A DNA stretch of 64,000 nt from Amphiscolops sp. MND2022 (GCA_964187785.1 OZ076409.1:96970001-97034000); one strand, 5' to 3'. Shown: positions 12,492 through 24,812, counted from the stretch's first letter. Notes: generated by a model not told the origin, from the letters alone. Program-made: numbers and translations.

Positions 12492-15400
12492 ATGTCTAAC
12501 GAAGAGAGGTTGCCAGAATCCACCAATCCTACCATTGCTCCCATTGGTCAGGGACAAGAACATGAACCGGCCCAATTCCAAAATGTGCCAGAAAAGGAAG
12601 TGCGACCCGAATCCCAGGCGTCCAACTCAACTGACGAGAGTGTAAGCGCCTATATTGAGAAAGTTGCCTCACAGTTTCCAGGTGCATCAACAACACCCCT
12701 TGACACCGTCCTTGAAGAAGATCCACACGCGGCTCCCAAAGTTCCTGAGGCTGAGGAAAACACACATGGAGCTCCTAAAGCCTCTGAGTCGATAGCTTTA
12801 GAAATTACCAAAGCACCACAGCCGGTCCCGGGCAATAGTGAAGAATCCCGAACAAGAACTCCTGAGTGTAGGGCTTTGCACTCTGATACCAGTGACCCGG
12901 GAGAGTTGTACGACAGTTCTGGAGTCGATCTGCCTACCACTAAATTAGGCACTTTCTCATTTGATCCTGACTTATTCACAAGCCTTGACGAGGATTTGCA
13001 GCAGTCTTCAAGGAATAGTGATGCTGAACTAGCTGCCTATCGGGACAAGATGCTTTCGACTGAACGAAACCTATCACCAACCGGGAGAGAAGTTATCCGT
13101 AAGTTCTTCACAAAGAACGTGCCTGTCGAGCTGCCAGCCGGTCATTCAACTGTTGCCTTTAGTGAAAGTCAGGTTCATGCCGTGCTGAGAACCATAGCTG
13201 ATGAGTCAGTGCTGTCGTCATTCCACATGATGAAATCGCTACTGACAAAGTTAACTGAGGGGATCCCTCTGAACAAGCGTACCTCGCGAAATATTCCTCG
13301 CAGGTCTGCCACTCCCGGCCCCGGGTACGAGTCCAGCTCTGGAGGTGAGACCACGGGAATCGAAAGTGACGGCTACACCAGCGGGGCAATGGACACTGAT
13401 GAGGACATGAGGAACATCGAGACTGGGTCCGAAGGCTGCCCACCTATCATTTCCGCTTCCAAGACTCTCGACATGGCGGTAGATCAACATGATCCAGCCA
13501 GGATACTGACCCCTTGTTCAGGCAGCAGCTACAGCAGTGGTGATTACCGTCCTTTAGCTTCTCTTTCGCAGGCACAAGCCCCCGTTGGGGCAGATTCTAG
13601 TCCTCCTCGTAAGCGGAGGAGAATGCTTTGCAAACCGGGCAAAGTCATGAAGGATGCCTACTTTAAGGGCATCCAATGGACAAGGCTTTTTGTCTCAGGA
13701 CCTCTCGATCCCTTACATAATCGTTACAAATTTTATTGCCAGATATGTAAAACAAACATATCAATATATTCTAAAGGCGCCCGAGAGATCCTTCGCCATT
13801 ACAAGACTCAAGGCCACCTGCGGCGTGACCAAAGATGGAGGTATGAACACCTCAGAGAAATAGATGCTACAACTGGCAAGGTGACCCACCAAGTCCGAGG
13901 GAAAGATGGGTACATACTTACTCCTCTACAACTGGAGAAAGAGAAGAGTTTTTTTATTGATGCCCCCCTCGTCGATATTGGAGACAAGTTTCCATTTTAC
14001 GACGATTACGTTGCAACAATGGGAGGAACATCCAGTCCAGATGAACTCCGAATGACTACCCAAATTTCCTTGATCGGGCTCTTTGCCCCACACGGAGGTG
14101 ATTTAGCCCTACTGAGAAATCTGTGGACACGATTCGGAACCTTCACTAGCCACCAAGGGTTCTTCTCCGATTTCGATTGGAGATCTGTCAACCTCACTGT
14201 AAGTATTACATCACTGTAAGTAAGGTTGACCCTTTTGGGCGTTCCATGCTAACAATATTAATTTTGTTTCCAGAAAATCTTCCATCACGTCTTCTTACGT
14301 TGCACTGAAGATATAGCAGGACAGATCACCACAGAAGGCATTTACTCTCTGGAGTTTACGGACCGCAAAGGCTTCTGTTACATGGCCGTACGTTTCTGGC
14401 GGGATGATGTCATCCAGCGGATAGAGCTGTGCAGACACCCACTGGCTTCCTCGTACCCTGGGAACTTCTTCGGTTCCATTTCACGATTGCTGTCCTTCGT
14501 CTCCGTCGGGCCTAACTTAGTCAGCGTGTCCGGCTGTCCTTCCGCCGTGTTGCAAACCCTTGACCGAAGTGACCTTTTCAAGTTCTCCCTGCAATATCCC
14601 TTCAGATTCGAGGTGCTTTCATTGCCAAAACTCATGCATCAGAAGTACGAATGTTTCTTTGGAAAGATCGATATCTTCTCTCAAGTCAAGTACTTAACCG
14701 TCTTCCTCGTCAACGGTCTTAGCCAAACTTGGATGTTAGACTGCCCCAATCTCTCGACGGTTAGTTTCTTCTCATCCTATCTTCTAAGCACTGAACAACT
14801 GGTTGTACAAGTGAAGGAGTGAGGGATGGGTAAGGTCAGAGTTGCATACAGGCAATGCTTGTGTATTTTTCAGGCCATTACTACATGTGATCTGAATCTG
14901 CAAAGCATCCCAGCCTTATGTGGGGAAATTGTTGCACAGTGGCCAAACATTCGTGACTTCATGACTAAAGATGCACCTTCCCAATCCGGACAGGGAGTTC
15001 GAGGCAGGGTGAGTTTCCTATTGTTCAGTTGATTAGGCTTTTACAGCTAAGGTTGAGCGTGAACATTATGGTTTTGTCTTCCACCTCCTGGTCAAAGTTC
15101 CGTTTATGGTTTCAAGAATAGTAGTTCCCTAAGCGTTATTTGAACTTTCACTCCGAGGATTTATTCATAGACCTTTTCAGCCACAAAGTCTTGAGTGGAT
15201 GATTCTGATGGATGAATACTTCACTATCAAGTTGGAGATCTTCGGACTCATAGTCCGTGATTGTAAGTATGACCTTTTGGTCATTTCTATTTTCCTCTGA
15301 TTCCCCGCTATATATCTGGTGTTTAGACGTCAAGTGCTTCGAACGCAGTCTGTCTGGGGAGGCCGATGCCTCCTTCTTCACTTTCGGACAATTTTGTCGC

Positions 15401-16486
15401 TTCCTACGAAAACTTTGTTCACGGGCCGTCCTTCCTAAGTGTATCCCTGGCGACATGGATTGGACTGGAATGCTTTATTTGTGCCCTGATGATTTAAAGT
15501 TATTATCTTGCCGAGATTTCCTGCACCGGCTGAAGCTTGTCACCGACATCGACCTCGTTTGCAAGGCCAAAATCCGTCAGTCTCGTAGTGACCCTAACAT
15601 TAGTGCCAATGAATTTAGTGGTCTGCTAGTTGCCGAAAGGGATAATTTTGCGACGAAAGCCAGAGGGTACTTCGTCTTTTTGCTCGAGACAATACTTCGT
15701 GACGTCCATCTTACAGCTGACATTGTCCACGGCTTGGCTTGCTTTGATCCCCACACTCTGGTTTCCCTGCCAATGGAGCAAGTGACGTTCTGTTTTGGAG
15801 CCCTTTTCCAGACCTTTGCCCTTCGCGGATGGGTACAGCGTTCTTCAGAGGCTGATTATCGAGACGAATACATGGAATTCGTGGATCACTTTCGAGCTAA
15901 TTTCCCTCAGCTTAAGGACGTGCCCGGCCAAATGAAAGATATGGTCGGTTTTCTCGTTGCCCTTCCTGCCTTACGCAGTCGCAAAAGTTTGTTTCACTTA
16001 TTTCGGCTTAGTTGCCTCTGCCTTACTGAGAGTGGTACTGAACTTCCAGCTATTAAATTCCATGAAGTGGATACGTCCAAGCCCAAATGCCGTTTCACAG
16101 ATATGCTCTTACCGGCTCAGTCTTATTTGGCCAATTGTTCTCAGTCCGTCAGCTACTGCACCTCCGAGAGTTCCATTGCCAAATTTCGCGAAATGGATAG
16201 TCAGTTTAGTTCTGGTCAGTTCGCAGGGGATCCCTGGACGCACGTGGATGCTTTTGGGCGTTCAGCCTTTCAGAAGAGTTTAATGACGACTTTTAAAGGC
16301 CTCAAGCCTACTCCTGTTAAGGTAATTGCCGGCCCTTCACGTTGCTCTTCAGTTTCATCCACAACAGGCCATAAAGTTGTTCATGAATCTGGGAGTTCTC
16401 AGAAGCCCGCTTTCTTTGGAAGTATAATTCCCACTGAAACTTCAAAGGCCGAAGAAAATCCAAAAGAAGGTAGCTCTAAAGACTAA
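12492..16486 (+). CDS. Antisense 5-exon cargo gene, ~1189 aa, zinc-finger / hAT-transposase-like protein
   Basis: Exons 12492-14198, 14274-14759, 14874-15008, 15181-15262 and 15327-16486. All introns are GT-AG and splicing gives one open frame (3570 nt) collinear with the D homolog. Alternative start at 12438. AATAAA at 16630. Confidence 0.88.
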
Positions 16487-16660
16487 ATCTACATATTGTA
16501 CATTTGCCATTGTAGACTTTTTTTTGTAAATTTGAGTTCTGTTTCTTGTCTCTGTATTTATATAGTTAGTTTCTTTTGAGTCAAAAGTCAGAGTAGTCCC
16601 AGTAAAGAACATGCCTTCTTGGGCAGTAAAATAAATAGGGACATAATTTAACATTTCTGA

Positions 16661-19600
16661 CTAGTATCTGTATTCGTCAGTATAGTTGGGGGTGGGGTTA
16701 GGTCGAAGATTATATTTCCCTCCTCTAGGGCTTGAATTTCCTTCCATTTTTTCATTTCTTTCATCATCCGATATTCCGGGCACGGGATCATCCTCCCCTC
16801 TTTTAGGAGAACGTTTAGTACTACCATCAATTTCATTGTGCAATTCAGTAGGCGTGTCGCCATAAGTTTGGTTATCTCGGCTTGTGGCCGTACTCGGCCT
16901 TTCATTTTCACTGTTTCGTTTGTCGTTTGCAGTATTGTCATTGACGTCATCATCGTCATTTAATGTACGCGCGTCTCGGCTATTTGCCGTACTCGGTCTT
17001 GCTTCATTTTCATTCCCTTCGGTGACGTCATTTGCGTCTCGCGTAATCGTGCTGTCTCGGCTGGTGGCCGTTCCCGGCCTTCTTGCGTTGTGAGCAGCGT
17101 CTTCATCAATGACGTAATCACGAGTAGTAGTACTAGCGTCGTTGTCTATTTGTAATTCTTCATTCGTGTTATCGTCCCGTCTCGGCCCGAAGACTTGGTA
17201 ATCAAAGTCTGCTTCCCAAGAGATGGTATATAAATCATCTTGCGGAATGATTATTTCTTCATCTGGTTGCAATTTCTCTTTGGAATATTTGTCCTCTAAG
17301 GGTGTGTTTGGAACAAATTTTTTCAGACGAATCCGGTGTAATATCTGTGTTTTATTTGTATTTAACCGTCTAACAATGTAATTGTCATTAGGTAATACCT
17401 TTTCAATTCTGTAGGGACCGATCCAGCGGTACTCCCTAAAGGGTATTTTTGATCCTTGATTATCTGCTTTGGGTTGCAGAATAAAGCAAAAATCTTGTTC
17501 ACTAAGGGGAGCTGCCTTGGCCTTCCGGTCATAGTATTCCTTGTATTTCAAGTATGACTGCATGATATTTTGCTTCGTTTTGTCAATGAGAATTTGTGTT
17601 CTCTGTTGTAATTCTTCCGCAAATTCCGTAGTAGGCAAGAAATCTTTATTAGGATTATTTCCAAGTTTATGATCTAAGACGTTGTAGGGAATTCGTCCGT
17701 GGAAGACCTTACTTGGCTCACAGCCAATACTGGAGTGGTAGGTGGTATTGTAATTGAGTACTGCCAGTGGTAGGTATTTATGCCATTGCCGGCGATATTC
17801 CCCTGAGGCCATCTTCAAATTAGTCTTTAAAGAGGCGTGTGTCCTCTCTAGTTTGCCGATTGTTTGCGGGTGTTTAGTCGTTGCACATCTTAGTGTAATT
17901 CCGAGAATTTCAGTTATTTCTGCTATAATTTTTGACGTGAAAGCAGTTCCTTTGTCAGTGATGATTGTTGTCGGCAGATATGTATGTTTTGTCATGATGT
18001 CAATCAGAACTTTTGCTGTGTTTGAAGCGGTAGCTTCTACTAACGGGTAGGCAAACAGGTATCTTGAGAAAACATCTATCGCTGTCATCACGGTTTGGTA
18101 GCCTCCACTTGTTGGTAGATTTGGTAATAAATCAATTTGCATTGCATCCTCCGGTCCGATGTCCCATTCAGGCAAGTTGAGCAACTCAGGGGTGATTGTG
18201 TTGTTTGGAACACGTTTGTCCCTTGCACAAGTTTCACATCCCTCTACCCATTTTTTGACGTGTTTTGCTATACCTGGGTAATAGTATTTCTGACGAATTT
18301 CCTGTAGCATTTTTGATATGCCGGGATGCTTGTGCGCGGTGCCGTGCAATGCGTTTAAAAGTTCTTTCAATAGGTGTTTTGGTAAGAGAATTTGGTGGTG
18401 TTTGATTTATCCAGTTTCATCATAGTACTGTCGCGTGACTATTTCGTCTTTAAGGACTATTCGGTCCAAATTGTTGAGATAGTGTTTGTATCGAATGTCC
18501 TGTTGGAGAATTTCTTCAGAATAATCTTCGTTTTGTATTTTTGCTTTGAGTTGTTGCAAAGTAGGGTCTTTAGACTGTTCAAGCAGTATTTGATTCGTTC
18601 GGCGCAACTTTTGTGTAAAGTTTGTAATTTCATCAACTATATTTTCAGTTATTGCGTCTATCTGGATTACGACCTCCTGGTCGGTTGGATTGGTACGGCT
18701 TTGTTTTTTGCGTTCCCAAATTTGGGCTTCTGTTTCACCATCATCCTCTGTGAAGAAAATTTGCTCCTCTTCTGATACGCCAGCTGATTGGACATTTACC
18801 TCAATGGGCCGTGTTTCCACATCTTCGCGGATTTTCAGGACTAATTTTTCTTTTGGATCCATTTCCATTCGAGATAAATAGTCCGCCGCGGTATTGTTTT
18901 TGCCAGGAATGTGGGCAATGATAAAATTGAATTGTAAAACGTAGTCACACGCGTTCCATAGCGCTGGAGGTATTATTTTCGTTTGGAAAAACCTCGTTAC
19001 CGATTTGTTGTCCGTGAGGATGGTGGTCGGTTTGGGTGTTCCCCAGAATATGTGTCCAAATTCTTTGAATGCATAATATATAGCTAAGAATTCTTTGGCG
19101 TATATGGACATTTTGAGTTGTGATGGGGTGAACGTCTTTGATCCATATGCTATTGGAGCATACGATTTTTTGACAGAAGTGAATTTTTGATTTGGGTCGT
19201 CTTCGGTAAGTATCGCGTAGCCTGCCGCTGTAAAGCTAGCATCTGTCATCAGGACTAGCTGTTTGTTTGGGAGAGGTTGTTTCAGGGCCAATTGGCTACA
19301 TTTGTCAAGATCTCGATTAATTTCGTTGAATTGTTGTACTAGCTCCGTGGTCACGAGTACCTTCTCGTCCTTTTTGAGGAGTTGGAAGAAGGGGGCTGGT
19401 TTCTCAGATAATCTTGGTATATAGTTCCTGTAATAGTTGAGGAAACCAAGGTATCTCTGCAGGGCCTTTTTGGATTTGGGGAATTTGGTCTTTTCCAGAA
19501 AGGTTGTTATTTGTTGCTTTTGTGGTTTGACTCCTTCGGGAGTAATTGTTCTTCCTAGGAAGTCAATTTCTGTCGCCCCAAAATGGCATTTGTGCATTGT

Positions 19601-20378
19601 TAGCTTAAGGCCTGCGTGTCTGATAGATTCGAACGTTGCTTTCAAATTTTTGATGAGATGATCGGCGTCGTTGGCAGCTATGCCGATGTCATCGACATAT
19701 TGGGCACATTGATCTGCTTTAATAACTTTATCAAGGTATTCTCGCATAAAGCTTGAAAATGCTGATAATGCTCTGCTAAGGCCCTGGGCAAGTCTTCTGT
19801 AGGCGAAAGTGCGGCTCGCAAAGTTGAACGCAAGCATCTCGATGGACCTTTGGTCCGCCATTGGAAGGCAATGGTACGCCTGTGAACAGTCAAGTTTACA
19901 GAATAATTTCTTTCCTGCCATATGCTGTGCGGCGTCCGTCAATGTGCTAACTGGATGATTGTTGTTTATGTAGTCGTCCGAAATAAGGTTATTGATTTTC
20001 CTTAGGTCGACCAAAAGTCTCAGTTTCCCATTCGGCTTCTTCTGTGCGAATATGGGACTGGCATATTTAGAAAATGGCAATGTAGTTATGATGCCATATT
20101 TGTGTAAAAGGGCCAGTTCGACGAGGATATCCTCTTTTAGGTTGACTGGGGTGGGTAGACTTTGGCTATATGCGGGCGAATCGTCCTTGGGGGTTAGTTT
20201 GACCGTGAATTCTTCATTCATCCCGATGTCAAATCTGTGTCTGGCGAATATGTCATGGTATTCAACTAGGAGCGATTCAATCTTTTTAATTTCGTGCTGT
20301 TGTAGCATCGAGTCCTTCCAGTCAAAGTTGCTAAGAAATTTATGTCGTGACTCCTCATCGTTTTGAGGGTCCAGCTGT
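16661..20378 (-). pseudogene. pol: pol of element B: RT (YVDD), RNase H (MTDAS), integrase (HHCC, DDE, GPY) and acidic tail; protease deleted; one in-frame TAA at 18407-18409
   Basis: ORFs 18407-20308 and 16661-18370 are in the same frame, separated only by DETG*IKHHQ. Confidence 0.93.
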
Positions 20379-21002
20379 TCAGCTTCGTCCTGTGAGGAAT
20401 TCAGGAATGTGCTGTTGGGGTTCGTTAGCTCCTGTCACCATGTAAGGGACAGGGTCCACATGGTCCCTCAGATCACATGCAGACCTTGAGTCCTTCTTTG
20501 TTAATTTCGTATTTGAGCTTTTCCATACATTTCTCATCCCATCCTCATTTGAGGACATACACGGTCCGGCGCCAGGTTGACTCAAAGGCAAGTTTTCCAC
20601 CATGTTCTGTATCTCAGGAATAATCCTTTCTCTTATGGCAGAGCTAATAGCGCTACTGATTTGTGATTGCATTAAATCCATCATTGTTTCCATTTCACGA
20701 GACATTCTAGCATTCATTTCTCCGGACAACATATTAATTGATTCTATTAGTCTACTTTCTCTAACTGGTTCGTTTCTGTTATCAATATCTCTAATCTCAT
20801 TTTCTTGAGATGAATTTTCCCTGTTAGGAAATGACCTGAAGTCTTGCGGTCCTTCAGGGACATTAATGAGACTATCTAGCTCTCTTTCTATAGAGTTAGA
20901 ATTACCTTCACCTAGCATCACGTCCATGTTACCGTAGTCGGACAACATGTCTAACTCTCTCGACCTCCTGGCTTTAGCCTTTTGTCTTCTTGTAGACGGC
21001 AT
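20379..21002 (-). pseudogene. gag: Truncated gag of element B (N-terminus only; CA and NC deleted)
   Basis: Matches D Gag up to IPEFLTGR, then joins pol sequence upstream of RT. Confidence 0.88.
20427..20440 (-). promoter_or_regulatory. PBS TGGTGACAGGAGCT (tRNA-Leu-like, tentative)
   Basis: Directly follows the 5' LTR; same sequence in D. Confidence 0.85.
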
Positions 21003-22078
21003 TGAAAATATCTTTCCAGGAGAAAATAAGTAAATTGTTCCTGTGGACAATATTTGTTGGGTTTACAGTGAATCTTGTACTCTCAGTAAAAGAATAACTG
21101 TATAATAACCGTATTGTATCATTCATTGAAATTGTGGGCTAACTTGGGTATATATATACTCAAGACAGCATGACATCCGCAATTCTAATGGTCATGCTGC
21201 TAAAAATAGCACACAGGCTAAAAATAGATACATCAGAACTATAAATAGCTACATGACGTCAGCGTGGACCTATATAGGCGGCTAAATCAAAGCGCCTAAC
21301 AGGGCCACGTTGCATATAGGTCAAAATGTTCGGATATACAAATTCATGTAAGCAACAGTTTTACATGCAAAATGATTCATGGCGGTCCTACACGGTCTAT
21401 TGTCGCGAGGAACCATTTAACCCCATATTATCATATTAAACAGGGGAAGTAACACTACATATTAACGTTTACATGAGGTTGAACACTCAGTAATACATAA
21501 CACGTATTTCATTAACATATCAATAATAGCATCGATTTCATCATATTAACAAATGAGAATACTCATTTAGTCTGCTGGCCGCATAGGGCCTTATTTCTCT
21601 AGCAGTAGCACTAGCGACATTTGGACAAGTAAGGCCGTTCAGCCATTAAGACAGCATTCGCTTTGTTCTATTTATTTAACAGCAATTCAGTATAGCAACA
21701 AAATGCAATTAGTCCGCTTAGGCCAGGTGGCCGTGACGGTCCATTCTGATTAATAAGTGAATGCATTACTACAACTACATATAAAACAAGATGAGCTATG
21801 ATTGGCTAATATGCCGTGCGCGGCTATGCTAGCTATACTTAACAGGCAAACATTTGAACTCGTTTCCTTCCTGCCTGTCAGTATAACTTGCTGTCAAACA
21901 TCAATCATATTACAAATAAAATACATAAATTGGTTTACATGTGTTGCAAATATTAAATGAAATAATGTTCTCAAAGTTATTTATCCTTGTAGTTATAAAG
22001 GTAATGTTCCGGGTAGGGCAATTGGCAGACTGTGGTCTATGGTATAGAGGTTGCCATCGCAGGCGGCCGCCTGCGACA
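20441..22078 (-). repeat. 5' LTR of element B (1638 bp)
   Basis: Followed by the PBS; flanked by the TSD. Confidence 0.97.
21149..21278 (-). promoter_or_regulatory. LTR promoter: CArG, CRE, 3x MEF2 consensus, TATA
   Basis: CCTATATAGG 21269-21278; TGACGTCA 21254-21261; CTA(A/T)4TAG at 21239, 21218 and 21200; TATATATATA 21149-21158. Copy in the 3' LTR at 9665-9794. Confidence 0.65.
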
Positions 22079-23784
22079 AAAAGCAACGGTGGTTATCAAC
22101 TAGGTTAATTAGTAGTATTCATGTCACTTCGATTCTGGCATCTTGCGGGTTTCATTTTTTGGTTTTTAAAAGAAAAAATTGATTCCAGATTCAAAGTCGG
22201 TTCTTTTCAATTAGTCGGCTGGCTCTCAGAGAACTCGACCGTTTTCACTCACAGTGAGAAGTATCGAAACTGACCACAGTTTTGAAAGTTTCCTTAATAA
22301 TGAAAAATGAATTGTAACCTTTTGTAACCGTGACATAATCATCAAATGAGCGAAGAAATACTGATAAAAATTACCTTAGCAAAATGTACTTTTTGCTTAT
22401 CATAAAAATTAAAAAGAAATATATGCCCAGATACGGTGATTTTTAAACAAGTTCTTACAAATAAAAAAGAAAAAAAAAGAGAAATATCCAATTGCTAACT
22501 AATTGTATTTTAAAGAAACCAGTCGGCCAAAAGCTTACCGAATTCAATGTTTAATAATCGCAGTACGCCCTTTCTTTAATATGCCTGATGTAGTGTTTCG
22601 AGTTAGACTGTTTTTTCATCTACTTTTTATCAACAATTTCACAATCCATAGATAGAGTTCTTCCCACAGAACTCAAAAACGAGAGTCCCATTCTAAATTT
22701 ACTCGAATAAACTTATAACGAGCAGGTGTACAAGAAAGCTCCATTCACAATAATACATCGAATGAATGAGCACAAAAACAATGTTGGATAGGAAAGAACT
22801 TGAAAATGATAGGAAATACAAGCAACTAGCTTTTCCTACTCAAATCCAATATGGCCGCGCCCTATTTGCAACTTCGAATTTTTCATCGAATTTTCTCAAC
22901 GACAGGTAAGGATTTGCGAGTATGTTTCGAAAACTTGGAACTTTTCGAAAATAAGAGCCGTAGCTCAAAACGGTTTTCTGTTCCTTTCAAACGCCGGTCA
23001 AACTCATAGCTGAAGCTTCATTGAAAAATCTTCCAAATGCGATTTCAATGGTATCTTACTGTGTTACTAGAGTGGGACAGTAACTTAGCCAACAGTTGCT
23101 CAGTTATTGGGAAAAAAATTTTTGAAATGCATTTTTGCAAATTTTCACTTTTTTGCCGGTGATTCTGAAAAAGACCTATATTGACACAAATAACAACTCA
23201 ATCCAGATAGTCCAATAGATTGTCGATGAGAAAACAAATTTTGGTTTTCCTACATGCTTTTTGTGTTTAGTAATTTTCATTGATTACAAAACAAATTGCT
23301 GTCCTCGTTTGGGTACGAAATAACTGTCGAGGATAATTTAGTTATTTGTAACCTATTGACAAACATGATATGAGTTGTAACTTTTTCCTAATTGATATGC
23401 GTTGTCGCCTGATATGCGTTGGTTGCTTGGTATGTTATCGCTACGCCGTGCTGAACCCCTCTCTCCTTAGCCTTTGAAAGCGTTGCCAAGTGAAACTCTA
23501 TAGTTTTTTTGGAAAAAAATCCTCAAAAATATTTTGAAAGAAATTATGAATGGTGTTCAAACTGAATAACTGGAACTCCTAGCACCGTGAACAAAAATTA
23601 GGCAATTTGCGGTATAATCAACTATTCGTTATATATAGCAGTGAAACCCTGCCAAAATTGCAAAACTTGGCAGTTAGATTGGTAATATGAGTTTGTTCAC
23701 GCGGTTTGAACCTAATTTCACAGTTCCCTGGCTTACCGTCAGCTTCACTCTACTTTCTTATATATTTTTTTCCAATAGTGCGTT

Positions 23785-23932
23785 TGTCACTGAAGTGACT
23801 CATAACTTCACTAAACTAACTGAAGTGTTTCACGATTTTATATATAATACTTTTTGACTTCCATTGAGTTGTGTTCTCACTGAGAATGAGAACCATTGAT
23901 AATATAAGAATTGAAAGACTCTTTCTCTTATA
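23785..23932 (+). repeat. 5' LTR of element C
   Basis: TGTCAC...CTTATA, identical to 31991-32138. Confidence 0.95.
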
Positions 23933-24037
23933 TGTTTGGCGCTCCTGGGTTATTCCACTTTCTCAACTGAAGTTATCCCGAGAATTTGGAACGACCACCT
24001 TTTATTGACATGAATTTTTTACATCTTCAACTTTGAA

Positions 24038-24812
24038 GTCCTTCTGGGCCTTTCTCTGGACGTTCTTGTGGGCTCTTTCCGGCGTCCCTTCTGGGCCTTT
24101 CTCTGGGCGTCTTTCTGGGCCTTTCTCTGGGCGTCCTTCTGGGCCTTTTCCTGGGCGTCCTTCTGGGCTCTTTCTGGCGTCCTTCTGGCTTTTTGGGCGT
24201 TCTTCTGGGCTCCTTCCTGGGCGTCCTTCTGGGCCTTTCTCTGGGCGTCTTTCTGGGCCTTTTCCTGGGCGTCCTTCTGGGCCTTTCTCTGGACGTTCTT
24301 GTGGGCTCTTTCCGGCGTCCTTTCTGGGCCTTTTCCTGGGCGTCCTTTTGGGCTCTTTCTGGCGTCCTTCTGGCCTTTTGGGGCGTTCTTCTGGGCTCTT
24401 TTTGGGCGTTCTTCTGGGCCTTTCTCTGGGCGTCTTTCTGGGCCTTTCTCTGGGCGTCCTTCTGGGCTCTCTTTGGGCGTTCTTCTGAGCTCTCTGTGGG
24501 CGTCCTTCTGGGCTCCTTCTGGCGTCCTTCTGGCTTTTTGGGCGTTCTTCTGGGCTCCTTCCTGGGCGTTTCTCTGGGCCTTTCTCTGGGCGTCTTTCTG
24601 GGCCTTTCTCTGGACGTTCTTGTGGGCTCTTTCCGGCGTCCTTTCTGGGCCTTTTCCTGGGTGTCCTTTTGGGCTCTTTCTGGCGTCCTTCTGGCCTTTT
24701 GGGGCGTTCTTCTGGGCTCTCTTTGGGCGTTCTTCTGGGCTCTCTGTGGGCGTTCTTCTGGGCTTTTTTGGGCGTTCTTCTGGGCTTTTTTGGGCGTTCT
24801 TCTGGGCGTCCA
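24038..24812. repeat. Minisatellite of 11-13-bp CTGGGCGTCCTT / CTGGGCCTTTCT units in the leader of element C
   Basis: Directly visible; almost no A on the + strand; higher-order blocks recur. Confidence 0.95.

Larger units (their letters stand above)
8957..22078 (-). mobile_element. Gypsy/Ty3 LTR retrotransposon (element B, 13.1 kb), internally deleted, with antisense cargo gene
   Basis: TG..CA LTRs at 8957-10594 and 20441-22078; TSD AAAAG (8952-8956 and 22079-22083); PBS; PPT; RT-RH-IN order. Confidence 0.97.

Noticed and set aside
12438..16486. Antisense gene as a nested DNA transposon or a host gene
   Set aside because: No TIR or TSD; same position inside two independently inserted, TSD-bounded elements
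18407..18409. Programmed stop read-through in pol of B
   Set aside because: Lies between RNase H and integrase; a CAA>TAA mutation in a defective copy is simpler
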